Positions 40,141-54,070 of a stretch of 64,000 nt of DNA are shown piece after piece. Each line of letters opens with the position of its first letter. The first letter of the stretch is position 1. A program made the translations under genes and the position numbers. The notes beneath the pieces were generated by a model. The model did no database searches. It was given only the letters and a program-made list of their open reading frames with translations, and was not told the origin of the DNA. Origin of the DNA: Takakia lepidozioides (lineage: Eukaryota; Plantae; Bryophyta); NCBI GenBank assembly GCA_030704615.1, contig CM060732.1, positions 32,736,001 to 32,800,000 on the forward strand, written 5' to 3'.

Positions 40141-43100
40141 ACCTTGAACATCATAGCCACTGTTGAAGAAGGTATGGTATATGTTTCATTGATTTGCTGG
40201 TATTTATTTTATAATTTTTAAAGTAGTCTTCTCATCACATCTTCTTATGATGTCTTCATTGTACAATCTGATGTAGGTCAACAACTTCAACAAATAGGTC
40301 TGGGTCACAGAGATCACAACTCGTCGTCTAAGAGTTGTGTCCTTCAAGATTCACCGTATGACAATAGAATTGACTTCATACACTATCAAGAGTCTAAATT
40401 TTTGAAGGTGTTGTTTTTGTCCAACAATGCTATTCAATGCAAATTCACACAATTTGTCTCTCGCACTCAGTCTTGTCGTCTGTTGCACTCAATTTTATTG
40501 CGAGCGTCTAGATTTACGGAGAGACAAAGATTGTAGGAGAGGCGGACAGGCAGAGATGGAACAGGTGAGGGTTTTGTGGGATTCATTCTAGAAGATAGAA
40601 TATAGAGAGAAGATGTTTGCTGCAACGCCATATGCATAGAGACTGACACTGATTACTCCATAGCCTAGGCAAATACAACCATCCCGTCCTATAGAGGTTT
40701 CTTTCTCCATGAAAAGAACCCATGACACTTTGTAAGAAAGCACGGCGATACTCTTCATTTCTGTTGCATAGTTTGTAACCCCCATAGTAGACTTCATCAC
40801 TAGAATCACAACAAAACTGTCACTCGGTAAATAGAAAAAACTGCAGATTGTACAACATCCTACTCATGACAAACAAAATAATACACTTCAGACTCATATC
40901 ATCATATATAATAATGGACTGTTGAATGAGAGGAATATTCACTTCAGATCAAAAGTGTTGGTACATGTTGTCATATATTTTGTCATATTGTCATCTATCT
41001 CTGAGCTAATGAGCTAATGAGCATGGACAGCAGTTGATTGTTTTCAAAAAGAATTTAAGGTTGAAATATTGCGAAAAATCGCTAGAAAAACAAATACAGC
41101 CTCATTGCCATGCAGCTTGTCAGTGACAAAACTCAGAGCTCATGACTGCAGAGCCAACTGCCCTCTTCCTCTCCCTTGCAATGGCGCACAGACTCTGCAC
41201 CTCACTGCTCTAACACAAAACCTTTGCCTCCACCACCTTTGCAATTTTCTAATCCACCGTCCTTTGATCGGGCAAATTTGCTGGCATCTTCCTCTCCTTT
41301 GCAATGGGGCAGACCGCACCACTCAACCACAAAGTTAGGAATAATTTGCACACATCTTACACTAGGTTAAGAATCCTCCGATTGAAATCTATTGATTTTA
41401 TTCACTAATCCATACTGAAACGACTGTTTAAAGTAGATGAATATGTTGATACTTGTAGACCTATGAGCAACTTACAAGTGTTTGCTCTCTCACAGACACT
41501 TTTGAACCTGACATTATGATCTGTAAGCTTTTGATCAGATCCAATCTTTCATAACCAAGCGCCGTAAGCGGGTATGAAATTGCTTCTCTCCATTCTCCAA
41601 AGGAATGTCCTCTATGCAAAACAATTTCCACAAAATGTATGAGGGTGAAAGGGCTCTGTTGGTGCCGGTGCTAGCTTTGTTTTCTGTAGTAGAAAGAGTT
41701 ATTTGCAATCAGTTCATTTCAATAACATTGAGAAAAAAAATCACCCACATATAGGTCAATAAATGTAGAAGACCGAGCAGTGCTCATACCTGCATGTGTT
41801 CATTCTGAGTCCCCCATACTTCCGCGTTCGTAGGAACACAATTGGCATTGGTATTCGATTTGGTTTTTGCAACCAAATCATGCACCTCAAAACCTCTGTA
41901 GAATCAATTGCAACATGGGTAAATCATACATGCAAAAATGTAAAAGAACGAAGAGCCGTCACCTTCATAATTTGTTTGGGGGGCAACATCATCGTCGTAG
42001 TCGTCACTATCAAAGAGGATTCATCTTTGCATGTTTACTTTTGTTTTTCTTTTAATTTATAAACACATGCTCCGATTGCAATATTGGCTGTCACATGCAT
42101 TTATTGGCGGTCCCATATGTATTTGTTTTTTAGTTCTTTTAATACAATAAAATTTAATCCCCTTTCTAAAGGTGGAATTGACAGACTTCGGTACTCTGAG
42201 CAAGGCCTTTTCTATCCGATTTGCTTCAAGAGCATGATTCCTGGAGAGGTCTTGGCTAATGTCTGAAGTTTAGAGAGACGTTTACTGGTCGCTTTGAGGT
42301 ACTTGGCCTCATGACAAGTTTGCATGGTTTATATGCAGCGGAAGGAATGTAACTGACAGACACTTTGCGCAGAGGGCATTGGAGCAATGAATTGCCAAAA
42401 CTTGTTCGCGTGTTCCTTGGTTCCTTAGCACAAATTGTGCAATCTTGCATGGACCACAAACATACAATATATGTTAGAGACACATCTTTCGTCTTCACAA
42501 GGTTATTCTGCAGGCCGTGCAGTTCCAAGTCCTCAAAAGAATGTGGAAAAAATATTTCTCTCCAAGTACTCGTCTCATTGGCAAGCTGACTCCTCTCTCT
42601 CTCTCTCTCTCTCTCGGATTACGCATCTGCTGTGTGGGTCAACAACTCCAACCATGCTAAATCCCTAGAATGCATTCAGTCCGCGGTGCTTAAAGAAAGC
42701 ATGTTGGCTTGCTCTAGAACTGCTAATGTGGCTGTTTGGGGTGAGTTTGGCATACCTCCGTTAGGCTCTCGACGTGATGCATTCTAGGTCAAATGGTGGG
42801 TTTAGTTGAATGGCATTGCAAAATGGCATATAGAGAATAGAAGTGACAAAGTGACAAGCTCAAAATTCTTTTCTTCTCTAGTGTTACGCATAACATCAAT
42901 GTACAAAAAATCTTTAAGGTGATTGCAGCAAAAAAATTCGATCTGCCTTGTATCATCATAAAGAACCACACTTTGGGAGAAATGATCATTGATTACTGAA
43001 TTATTGGCACAGATTTGTATATTAGTTTGTATATGCGAAAGCATTTGATGTCATAATGACATTTGCAACTTTTTAACGCGACACTTGCTCTCACAGTTCT

Positions 43101-43216
43101 TTGCAAATAGTTAGGGTGACTTTAGCTTTGGGGTAAAGTGTATATCTTTCAGATGGTTCACAAAGTTACACTGCAAAGATGTCCTAATTTGCTTGGAGAC
43201 CTGATGTGGGTAGTTA

Positions 43217-43676
43217 GAGCATCCCCACCCTTCTCACTGAAATGGCCCCTCTATGCTTATTTTGAGAAGGTTGGTTCAGGAGTCTTGAAAGGTGTGTGAC
43301 GGAGTTTGCTGCTCGTAGCCACACCCTTGCCCCTCGTTATGCCCCACTATCCAATGTCCCCGTCTTGCTGGAGTTCCCATCGACGTTCTCATACACTCTG
43401 ACACGCTTCTCACAAGCTTCTCACATACTTCCCACATACTTCTCATAAGCGCCAGCACGCTCTGACATATCCATGGTCAGGACGACTCAGTTGTGGGACG
43501 GGTTCAGGACGCTAAATATTGTGCACATATTCAGTGAAAAAGAGGCAGTTCAGTGTCCGCTCTTAACGGCGTATACAGTAGCGGGGCAAGGGTGTGGTAC
43601 GTTTGGAGGCAAATTTGAACCTGTATACGAGAAGTACGGGTGCAGGGGTCCATAGAGGCGTAGAGTGGGGATGCTC
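43217..43676. mobile_element. PIF/Harbinger (Tourist-like) MITE
   Basis: TIR GAGCATCCCCAC / GTGGGGATGCTC with TTA on both sides. Confidence 0.85.
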
Positions 43677-43679
43677 TTA

Positions 43680-44079
43680 GAGTATCTCCACGGTGAGCAC
43701 GGCGCGTCAAACGTTATATACACTGGTTACAGGGGCGACGGTATTTTTTATCATGACTGGTTGGTTGACACGCCACAGTTGGGAAGGTAGGAGACCCGGC
43801 AGAGATAGCCTCAAGGCAGGCCCGCCGCTCGATCACAATCTTGGCGCGTTGACCGATGACATCATATCTCATTAACTCACAAATAACTCACAAACTTAAT
43901 GTAGAGTGGTTGGCAGGGTCCGGTATGATTGGCAAAAGTGCGGGGTGGGAGACAAATTTAAGGCGGGCCCGGCAGCAATTCTACATGGCCAACCGTGGAG
44001 CAAGCCGCGCTACTTTTTTGGACCCCGCGCCTTCAGATTGTCGTTTTGGGGCAAGTGTCGTGGCACCGTGGAGATGCTC
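43680..44079. mobile_element. PIF/Harbinger (Tourist-like) MITE, adjacent second family
   Basis: TIR GAGTATCTCCACGGTG / CACCGTGGAGATGCTC with TTA on both sides. Confidence 0.85.
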
Positions 44080-44789
44080 TTACATTCTTATGTTGGTTCT
44101 CACCTTCAAAGTTATTTAAACATGATAGTCGAGAGCGGGGATTATACATTGTGGTATACACACTCAGTCAAATGATATCAAACCATGGCACCAGGATCTG
44201 GGAAAATGTAATCACAGAAAAGATGTTGGGACACCTACAAATACAGTCTATTTTGAAAAAAAAATGGACAAAAGCCCTAAAATATGCCATATCCAGCAGT
44301 GGCGCGGTAAACAAACACGCCAACGGCATTATGCCAGCCCATTTCGGCCCGGAGATCGTTTAATACCATGGCAGCTAGTGTGAAGGCCAGCAACATGGCA
44401 ACCTCCCATGACAAACCCCTTCCTCTCGCTGACGACGTCCTATGTGGCGCCTCGACGATGTCGTGCTTTTGTCGGCCGTCGTCCCTGTTCGCGCCAAAAC
44501 CGTTTGCTCCATACTACCTTCATCGCAGCGTACTCTTTCGTACACAAGTAGACCTTGATATACAGACACTCCGCGCAAATAGATACTTGGGACTAGGTTC
44601 TGTGGACACTACTATGGCTGATGCTTTTCCAGAGCTTCTCTTGTGGACCAGATTGAGACCAATCTATTTGGCGATGAATCAGATGATGAGCTCTTCATGG
44701 ACTTGCTTCTTAACCAAATGCAGGATAACTTGGAAGAAAAAGAAGAAGAGCTTGTCCCCAAGTAAAGTGGTTCCAAACTTGACAGATTA

Positions 44790-45590
44790 CACAGTTTGAA
44801 GAAAGATAGGGTTGATGGGCATGAGAGGATTATAAGATATTATTTTTGCAAAAAACCAGTCTATGGCGAGAGGTTTTTCAGACGCCGTTTCAGGATAAAG
44901 ATGTCTTTGTTTATGAGGATTGTGGATGCAGTAGTGGCTTATGATGTCTATTTATTGCAGAAGCCTAATGTTGTAGGTTTGATTGGGTTGTCAAACATTC
45001 AGAAATGCATTGTTGCATTGCGAATGCTTGTTTATGGAGTGGGGGCTGATGCAACCGTTGAGTACGTGCGAATGGGTACTAGCACTGCAATGCTTTCACT
45101 CCACGACACCACGTGTCGTTCAGCCATAGTGTCGAACACTCCCTTTGAATCCTAGATGCACCCGCATTTTGCAAACATGTTCACCAAGCTATTGTTCAGA
45201 ATGTACAATTCCAGCTCTGAAGATGTCGCCATGCACATCTTCCCCATTTCCAAAGTTGCCATTTGGCACAATTCCAGCTTTGATGATATCCCCATGCACC
45301 TCTTGCCCTTCTCCAGGGCTGCCAGGCATGAAGCAGTTTTGTGGGGCAATCCGAGCTTGTTTTCAGGATACCTACCTCCGGCAACCTACTCGTGCTGATT
45401 TGGAGAAGCAGATGGACATCAATGTTGCGAGAGGTTTTCCGGGTATGTTTGCATTGATTGACTGTATGCATTAGGAGTGGAAGAACTGCCATGTTGGATG
45501 CAGGCAGGGTTAGTTCCAAGATAAGGATGGGTTTAGGAGCATCATATTGGAGGCTGTGGCTGATCAGTCTTTATGGATATGGCATACACT
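44790..45590 (+). pseudogene. PIF/Harbinger transposase fragment interrupted by a PPR insert
   Basis: YF...PVY...FRRRFR, QKC..ALRML.YG, YLRQPT, RGFPGM...IDCMH*EWKNC, IILEAVADQSLWIWH. Confidence 0.9.
45098..45326 (-). pseudogene. PPR fragment inserted into the transposase, copied from about 23266-23524
   Basis: Shares diagnostic variants with that copy (GGAAATGGGGAAGATG, GATTCAAAGGG, GAACGACACGTGG). Confidence 0.85.
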
Positions 45591-46920
45591 TGAGGACGAT
45601 TTCATCCTTGTTGATGAATTTCTTAACATATTTGATCCATTCAAAGTTCATTACAAAGCCAGGCTTTAATTTGACTCTATAACATTACATTCTGACAACA
45701 TTAACCTTGTAAAAAATAAAAAATAAAATAGTGAATCTTAGGTCTGGTCCAAAATAAGTGCGATGAGGTCCGTAGTGGCCCGATCCAATCATCCATTACT
45801 ATATGCTACATAGGTCTATGTGTGACTATTCAAGGCAGCATCCCATAGATAGACATTTACTGCATGCAACTTAATGCCATTCAACATTGTGCTTTCATAC
45901 AAAGAGGCAAGGTCGGGGTTCGGCGTTTTTTTTGGAACCAAGTGTGGGTCTGGGTTAGGGTCCGGGTCCGGGTAGCAGCTAGAAAATATTAGCGGGTGCA
46001 CGGGTTCGATCCGGGTCCTAATTAATTGATTAAATATATTAGAAAATAAAGACTAATTAGGGATGAAATTATTTTTGGCTGGAAAAAAAACTAAATCCTA
46101 ATGGTGAACTCTATTTGAAGCATATACTAACAGCTCATCTTGCTACATTTATGGCTTTGGTTCTTCTTCCCCTTCCATTCGGCGGTGTCCCATGCGAAAG
46201 CCTTCACGGCGAGGTTACTCTGAAAGAGGTTATTTATTCCTCTCACTAGATAATTAAGGGGCCTGATTTGCGAGCTGTCGCTCCCAAGTGGGGTTTTTAT
46301 TTTTATTTTTTTAAATAATAATAATATTTTTACATTGCTTATGGCTCATTTATATGATGGCATGATTAGACAAGAATTAAAATAAAATTTGAGTTCCATT
46401 CTTCAATATCAATTCTCAAACATATTAAGAAATATTATATGTCTCAAGGCTCATAGATCACAACAGCATGGATGTGTAAGAACTGACCTAATAATAATAT
46501 ATGACACCTCCCGAAGAAAGCGTAAATTATGGTGTCACTTGACCCCAAAAGTCTTCCAGCAGGACAGTGGACAATTTTGTGACACCAATCTGTGGGTTAA
46601 ACCCACAACCATTTTTTTTGAGGTGGTATTTGCCCATTAGCACTTAGCTACAACTTTGGTTGTCGAGATGGCCTACCTTGAGTGATGGGGGCTAGCTTCT
46701 GGAGCGGCCTCCTGCTTGTCCCTTGCACACAAATTGCAAAACAAACCACATCTTAGGTGGACTCCACCACATGCCCCATCCTTAGAAAAATGAAAATGCC
46801 ATACTTACCTTGTACTTGCGCGGAGACCTTGAGAGCATCATCTTCTTCCTTACTGGATCAGCTCATCGCAAGTATTACTCATCATCCTCTATTTTTGCAT
46901 TCAGTTTTTTGTTTGTTTAG

Positions 46921-47503
46921 GGAAGATAATAGGAATAATGTAATAACTTAATGCACACGTGCAACCTCTGACAGGATGGTACGCTGGTTTCCGGCATGTC
47001 AAGTCTTCCTCACCCTCTCTTGAGAGTGGCATGAAACTGAAGGAGTGTCAACTCCAGTCGGGGTTACATCGGGTTACATGACGAGGTGTGTAACTCCACT
47101 CGGGGTTACACAGAATGGAGTGTAACTCCAGTCAGTGTAATCCACACTTGGTCTCGAAATTTGACTAAGTCCAAATGTGGCTTAGTATAAAATGGACCAA
47201 CCAGAGTTACATGAGAAATCGGGGCTACAGAGGGTTACACCAAGTGGAGGGTTATATCGACCGGGGTTACACTACCAGAGCCTCCCGGAACCTCGCCGCC
47301 TACATTGCTATCACCTTACCATCACGCTACCCACCACAACTTGTAACCCACTTGGATTCTTAAGTTTTTAATAGTGAAACCGAGGTAATACGGGTGGGGA
47401 GGATTTGACAGGGGGCAGCCGGAGGAGCCCAGGTTCCCGGAATCCGGCGAAAGTACTGTCAGATCACACGCGTCCATTAAATTCTTACATTATTCCTATT
47501 GTC

Positions 47504-47505
<2 letters not shown>
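46921..47505. mobile_element. Non-autonomous TIR element (about 40-bp TIR), family shared with 55080-55946
   Basis: GGAAGATAATAGGAATAATGTAA...CTTAATG TIRs and internal GGGTTACA repeats. No TSD seen. Confidence 0.75.
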
Positions 47506-47539
<34 letters not shown>

Positions 47540-49886
47540 GACCTGCTACATTGGCCGCGGGTAGTGGGTATAAGAAGTTCGGGACCTAGCCGACGAGTCC
47601 GGATTTGGTCTCGGATTAGGATCCAGGTTAATTCTGGTGATGACACGGGTCTGCATACAGGTTCGAGGGTGCCTCGGGTCAACACCAGTACAGAGTCATC
47701 AGGATATCAATATCAAGATATCAACTCGGATATCAATGTATCCGGACCCAGAACCAACATTTTTTAGTTTCCGGATTAGATGCATAACCGGCGGATATGA
47801 AAATACAAAAAAAAAGAAAAAAAGATCCTATATCCGGTGTAATACCGTGCGGATATCCGGCCAATACCCGTCAATATCTAGCGGATCTCAGCCCTAAACT
47901 TAATAACCGGATGCATACCGGTTTGTCATGTTAGTAATACCCGTAACCGGAGGATATCTAAAACCAAAAGTTCTTAATATCCGGAACCGGCGTATATGAA
48001 AAAAGGGGTAGATCCTCCCAACACTGGTCAAAACCCGGACCCACACAACATAGGAAGACAACTCTAACCGTTCATTGGGAAATGTGGCATGTATGTAGAG
48101 ATGCACCGTCCATGGGAGGATGTGACATGTCATGTGCTATCCGAGTATGCGGTCATTGGTCTATGTTTGGTGATAGACCAACATACCCTAGAATGTTTTT
48201 GGAGGCAACATCTCATGCTATGGAGACTATGAGCGAAAATGTGAAACATTGATAATGCATATTTCACTTCAACTAATTGGAGACCCGGGTTTAATTTGGG
48301 GAATACAAAAAGATTTCGTGAGGGTGAGGGTTATTTGGTTGTGGAGTTCACATCACCATTAGCTGAGAAGAATTATGTTGTAGAATGATAATCTTCTTCT
48401 ACAGTAGATATATCTAAAAGATATCAATGTATAATACTACGTATGGTGAAGTTTTGAGGGTGTAGAATGTGCCTTTGCAATTAGTCGATGACTCCACACA
48501 CTTGTAATAAAAGATTACATATGGCTTCTCTAAGATAAATTTGTAAGGAATGCCCCCAACACTGACCGACTCAGATGCAAAAATGTCCAATGACATGTGA
48601 GACAAACGGACATAGAAGATGGCGTCCTTGAATGTTGATGAGGAAAAGCTCATGAATTTGCATAAAAATCTATGTGCAAAATGTGTGCATGATCCACTAT
48701 ATATAGATGTAGAGTACTGTTGAAAAGTTAGATGTCGGTGAGGATCAACCATGGGAAACGTAACATTGTAGAACATGAATGGAACGAAGATATAGATGAG
48801 AAGGAGCGACAAAACTGTGAGACAACAGTGTGTGGCAGACAACACAACCTTGGAGTCGTCGCCGGAAGTTTGGCAAGGAGGTAGTGGCAGCTTACCATGG
48901 ACCAAAAATGCTCACAACACTATTTTTTTGGGACCTTGATTAGTTGTAAATTATCATACTCCTAAATGGCAATGCTTATAGTAAAAAAAGACTAAGCTAT
49001 GGAGAATCAACTACATATATTTCCCTATTCCAAGTCTCATAACCAAAAAAACAAATGGTTAGAATTATGGATTTTTTCAAAAGTCCATAAAGAAATTTTG
49101 TTCTAGTCCATCTGAAAAACCATTATGGACTTTTTAAGCACATCATTCATAACATGATTCAGAAAAAGGGCTTGGCCAATTGTGTATTGAAAGATGAAGG
49201 AAACAAAGTGAGAACATTCGAAAGTAAAGAAAAAAAAAATTATGTACTTTTTGGTGCCTCCAAATAAGCTCATTCCATAAAGTCCCTCATGATTAGAGTT
49301 CTTTTAATATAAGTAGACTTTATTCACTAAACATGTTAACTTTCTTTAGATGAAGTGGGAATCAAAAGATGTTTTTCTTGGGTTATGGATTGAAGGTTGC
49401 AAATAAAATGATGGACATTCGTCCATTTGGCGATTCAAAATCGCCGATCATAATGATTCTATAATGTCAACTTATCAATAATGGACGGTTTAGATCACTT
49501 CAACCACCCCATCCAACACATATTATATATATATATATTTCATGTTTTGGACTTTATGGTCCAATGGTGTATTTTATTTTGGTCCATTGTAGGGTGCAAC
49601 TACCCAGAAAGTGGGTATGCAACTACCCAGGAGGGAGCGTGTTGGTGGCTTTTCCTTAAAGGACTGAGGATGACGTTGCTGGTCTTGTCGTGCTGCTATG
49701 TGTGTTCTTTGATGCACTGTCCAAACTCCGCAAAGTCTCAAGGCTCTTGCCTATATTTGGTTTGCGAAAGGAGGTTGTTGCAATCTGTTGTCACCACATC
49801 AATAAGGAGGTGTTTCAAGTTTGCTCTAACCCATAAGGTGTTTGTATTGGGGGACGTGTGGTGGTACCACAGTGTAGTGGAGAAGT

Positions 49887-51092
49887 ATGGGAGCTCTAAC
49901 GAAGGAGGTGGTTCTCATTCCAGGATTGCGCAATTCTATGGCTTTGCAATGCTTGGCCCGTGTGCCTCGAAAAGACTATGGAGTCATGCGTTTGGTGTCT
50001 AAGGCTTGGAATGAGATGTTCAGAAGCAGCCAACTTCATGATATGCGCAAAGAATTGGGTCTGGCAGAGCCCTGGATTTATGTCTCTTATTGTCCCAGGT
50101 TTGCACAGCCTGGGCAGCTACTTTGCAATTGGTTGGAGGTATATGACCCAAAATTCAATTTGTGGAGTCGTCTAGGTCCCATGCCTGACTTGGCTGATTT
50201 AGAGATTTTGAAAGGATTTGGGCTGGTTGCAGTGGGTACCAGGCTGTATGTCATAGGAGGCAGGGTTTGTAGCAAGGTGCAAAGCAATATGGAGGACACA
50301 ACACATGAAGAGGACATACGGGTACGCTGTGAGGTGTATGTTCTAGATTGCCAAACACAAAAGTGGGCACAATGTGCTAGCATGACCACTCCTCGTGTCG
50401 ACTTTGCTTGCTCTGTATGCCAGGGCAAAATTTATGTTGCGGGGGGACGCAGCCAGACAGGTTATGAAAGAGGCGTGTCAAGCGCAGAAATCTACTATCC
50501 CGAAGAAGATCGGTGGGTAGAGCTGCCCAACATGAGCACGACACGCTATAAATGTGTCGGGGTGACGGTGAATGACAAGATTCACATTGTCGGGGGCTTC
50601 GCAAGCCCTGAGGATTGGGAAATGAGCAATGTGTACACCCTTGCTCGCAGCTGTGCTGATGTCATGGATCCCTCTAAGAAGGAATGGGAAGTATGCAAGG
50701 CTATGTGGCAGTTGGACATTCCTCCCAACCAAATTGTCAGCTTGCAGGATCATCTTTATAGCTCCGGTGATTTGCTCAATCCCTGGAAAGGGCGTGTAAG
50801 AGTGTATGACAGTGCACTCCACATGTGGACCACTGTACCTGGTTCTCACCTCCGCATGCGAGCCATTGAAAAATTTGAGGGTTGTGCTCGTTGTTACCTC
50901 ACAATGGCTCCTGTTGGAAAACACATTTTCTTTGTTGGAGGTTATCTCCAGTCTGATGGCTCTAAGTGTCTTGACACAATTGATATTTTTGACACCTCTG
51001 CCACTAATCCGAACGACGCATGGAAAAGCTTGGAGCCTGTGGAGAATAGCTGCAAAGAACTTTGCAGCCATTGCTGCGTTGTTTCCATTTAA
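49887..51092 (+). CDS. F-box/kelch-repeat protein
   Basis: 401-aa intronless ORF. N-terminal LIPGL...ALQCLARVP F-box; kelch repeats LYVIGG, IYVAGG, IHIVGG with W...M...R motifs. Confidence 0.92.
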   Translation: MGALTKEVVLIPGLRNSMALQCLARVPRKDYGVMRLVSKAWNEMFRSSQLHDMRKELGLAEPWIYVSYCPRFAQPGQLLCNWLEVYDPKFNLWSRLGPMPDLADLEILKGFGLVAVGTRLYVIGGRVCSKVQSNMEDTTHEEDIRVRCEVYVLDCQTQKWAQCASMTTPRVDFACSVCQGKIYVAGGRSQTGYERGVSSAEIYYPEEDRWVELPNMSTTRYKCVGVTVNDKIHIVGGFASPEDWEMSNVYTLARSCADVMDPSKKEWEVCKAMWQLDIPPNQIVSLQDHLYSSGDLLNPWKGRVRVYDSALHMWTTVPGSHLRMRAIEKFEGCARCYLTMAPVGKHIFFVGGYLQSDGSKCLDTIDIFDTSATNPNDAWKSLEPVENSCKELCSHCCVVSI

Positions 51093-54070
51093 TCGGAGCT
51101 CCTGATTTCTGCAAGCCACGTCGTGTCATCATCATAGCTAAGAAATGTACAGCAAAGAAATTCTTATTGTTTTGAACGTCTATTCTTCTTGGTATGATAG
51201 AATTTAAGGCATGTTTTGTTAGCTTCCGAGAGCTGAACTAGCATGGCCTAGCTCGACGACTTGGATATGTGTTGTATTGCCGCTTAACCTGAGGAAGATC
51301 GGTGAACTGTGTCGCCTAAGGTAAGAGAGACATGATCACTACGAGGCTGATACTGAGGCGGTTCTTGTGCATCAGTATGTTCTCCATATTTTTCAATTGC
51401 AGTAGCAGACAGTTTTGTAGATAGATTAGTTGAGTGTTCAACTTTTTAGAACACATTCTATCCATTTCTCCCAAGTAATTCCGTTTCATCGATGCCCTTA
51501 CACAAGCTACAAAGGATTAATACTGAGAAAACTTAGTTTCATGCAGTTCGATCATTTGCACAGACAATATTGTTTAGTCACCTACAAACGTCACCAGAGT
51601 CATTGACTCGAATCTTTCACTTACTACAATGCCATTGCCTGACCAATACAAGTGTGATTTTTCAGAGTATGAATTCTTTGATATGAATATTCCAATTGTG
51701 GACTTTGATATTGATTGATTGATTTTTTTGGGTGGGAATCATGGTTTCCTTTCTAAATGACAAGGATAAGTTATCTGACATTTTAAATGTTACGGAAAAT
51801 TTCGATTTAGCCAAAATAAGAACACACGTCACTCAGTAAATCACCAAAATTAATAACAAAAAACACCTATGTGAAAAATAGAGCAAAGTAGGTGCTTTAG
51901 TACAAATATTGCAATGGATTTGCTTGTCTTGCTACATTGAACAACCTTGCTGTCAAGTTATTAGGCTCCAAAATTTATATGTGTTAGGGTAGATGGAGGC
52001 TGAATATTGCTTGTTGATACACACAAACACTCTTCAATCATGAAGTGCAAGCTTTGATGATAGCATCTTCCAGCCAGAGAGTTGGATGAGTGTTTTTTTT
52101 CTCAAATTGGCTAGTTGGTAGCCCATGTGGCGACTTCAATTTACCACTTGTATGGTATGGCAGGACTAGTCATATGGTTGTAGAATTGACTAGCTACATC
52201 ACCTAGAAGAAATCCCAAATGTAGTATATCGGTATATCAAAATTGGCAAGGATAATGATGCATTCTCCTGCTTTGTAATTCGACACATTTTTCTTAGCTA
52301 AATGTAAGGAAAATTCTGGAGATTATAAAATATGACATTCTTCTTGCCATGTGGGATCGCTCCACTGTGTCCTTTGAGACCGATAAAACATTTGATAGAC
52401 ACCATATCCGATTAGCCAATAATTAATTCAAATTAAAAGTGCCTAATACGTTTTGATATTTTTGCAATTTTGTGCCTAATTGCTCAAAAACTATTTGGCA
52501 AAAGTGCCTAATTTCTCGAAATTTTGAGCAAATATTTTCATACCTTTCTCATATTGCTTATAATAAGAGGAAAAATTCAAAATTTCCCTGGTGGTTATTT
52601 TTTCCACCTGTTGTGGACCTTTATTTATTTATTTATTTTCTTTTATTTAAATTAATTTGATTAAAGGGGCCTCTGTCCCCTTTCCCTTTAAAAAAAAAGA
52701 AAAAAGAAAAAAAACATTGAACAAAGTCAATACACATATGGTGTCCGTACGCTATGATGGCCCGCATGATATGTAATGATGACGGACCCAAACACTGTTC
52801 CCTTGGAGTGTTGCGTAGGTAGACGATGTAAAACCTATCGGAGTTGGGCTGCCAAGAGTGGGTACATGTTGGAGGTGGAGGCTGGTGCATGGGAGGAGAA
52901 TCAGGCCATGGGTAGGGGCTTGGGGTTTTATTGGCTCTGTCCCGCAACGGATAGAGGCATTTCTGGAGACATCTTGCCTAGGGGGAGAAGTAGGCTTATC
53001 CATTAAAGCCTAGTCTATGGAGGGTTGATGGGCATGATTCATGAAGCCGTGGAAAAAGTATAAAACAACAACCCCAAAATCACCGAGGGAAAGAACAAGG
53101 ACAGAGCCTCTTGCGGCGGAGCCGCTTGTTTTATTGTGCTTTTAGTAAAGAGGAAGTGGTAGCCCTCATAATTTTATTAGCAAGCAGTTGCATGATGGTT
53201 CCACCCCCATTACAAAATTGGAAGGCTAGCGTTAGCGGTCCTGATTTTGAAATAAAAATTACAAAGAGTTAGAACGTAAAAATTGAAACGGTCAGCACTA
53301 ACAGTAATATCCGAGGATAACAATTAACAAATAAATGTGAAATTTAGAAACAAAATATTTTATATTTTTCATCTCGATAGAAATTAATAAATAAATAAAT
53401 TAGATGCAAAAAACAAATGTGGAAAGATAAAATTAAGTGTCATGGAATTGGAGGGATAAAAATGAAGAGAACTAAATATAATGGAATTCAATGTGATAAA
53501 ACTGAAAGGAACTGAATATAATGGAAATCATTCTGATAAATCTGAGAGGAAGTGAATATAATAGAAGTGAAGGGATAAATTTGAAGGGAAATTGAATATA
53601 ATGAACTGAACGGATAAATCTGAAGGGAAATGAATAAAAAGGAATTATAGCACTCACCGAGTTACGAATGAATGGTAACAATAGACGGATGAGAATTTAG
53701 AGTATAATGAAAATGGCTACTTACTGGGGAAGGTACGATCTTGATAGGTATTATCTGAGGAAGGTACATCAGGAGAAAACACTCCATGCATGGTCTCTTC
53801 TTAGGGAGGAGCCAATAAAGGGGGAAAACATTTAACCCCAATGGGCCATAAAGCAAAAATGCCAAAGATGCGAGGCACAAACCCAAAGACACAACATAGA
53901 GAGAACCCTTCCCGCATGATGAAATATGTGAGAACCACATAATAGCAAGGAAAATAAGAGTGTTGGGCCTAAGGCCAACGAGACGGAAAACTGATGAAGT
54001 GAGAGTTATTGATGTTATGGTGATTCTAAGTGGTGTTTTGTTTTTAATTTGTTTTTAAATTTTTTCTTAA

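Noticed and set aside
37800-43200. Large degenerate transposon carrying a kinase
   Set aside because: The ORF remnants are too decayed and no termini or TSD were found.
45900-48040. hAT-like element suggested by CCGGAT/GGGTCC repeats and a CCCAACACTG end
   Set aside because: No matching left TIR or 8-bp TSD located.
50478-51119. 213-aa antisense ORF and similar overlapping ORFs elsewhere
   Set aside because: Shadows of real coding sequence on the opposite strand.
52700-54060. Possible LINE remnants and AT-rich low-complexity ORFs
   Set aside because: No diagnostic motifs; the ORFs look compositional.
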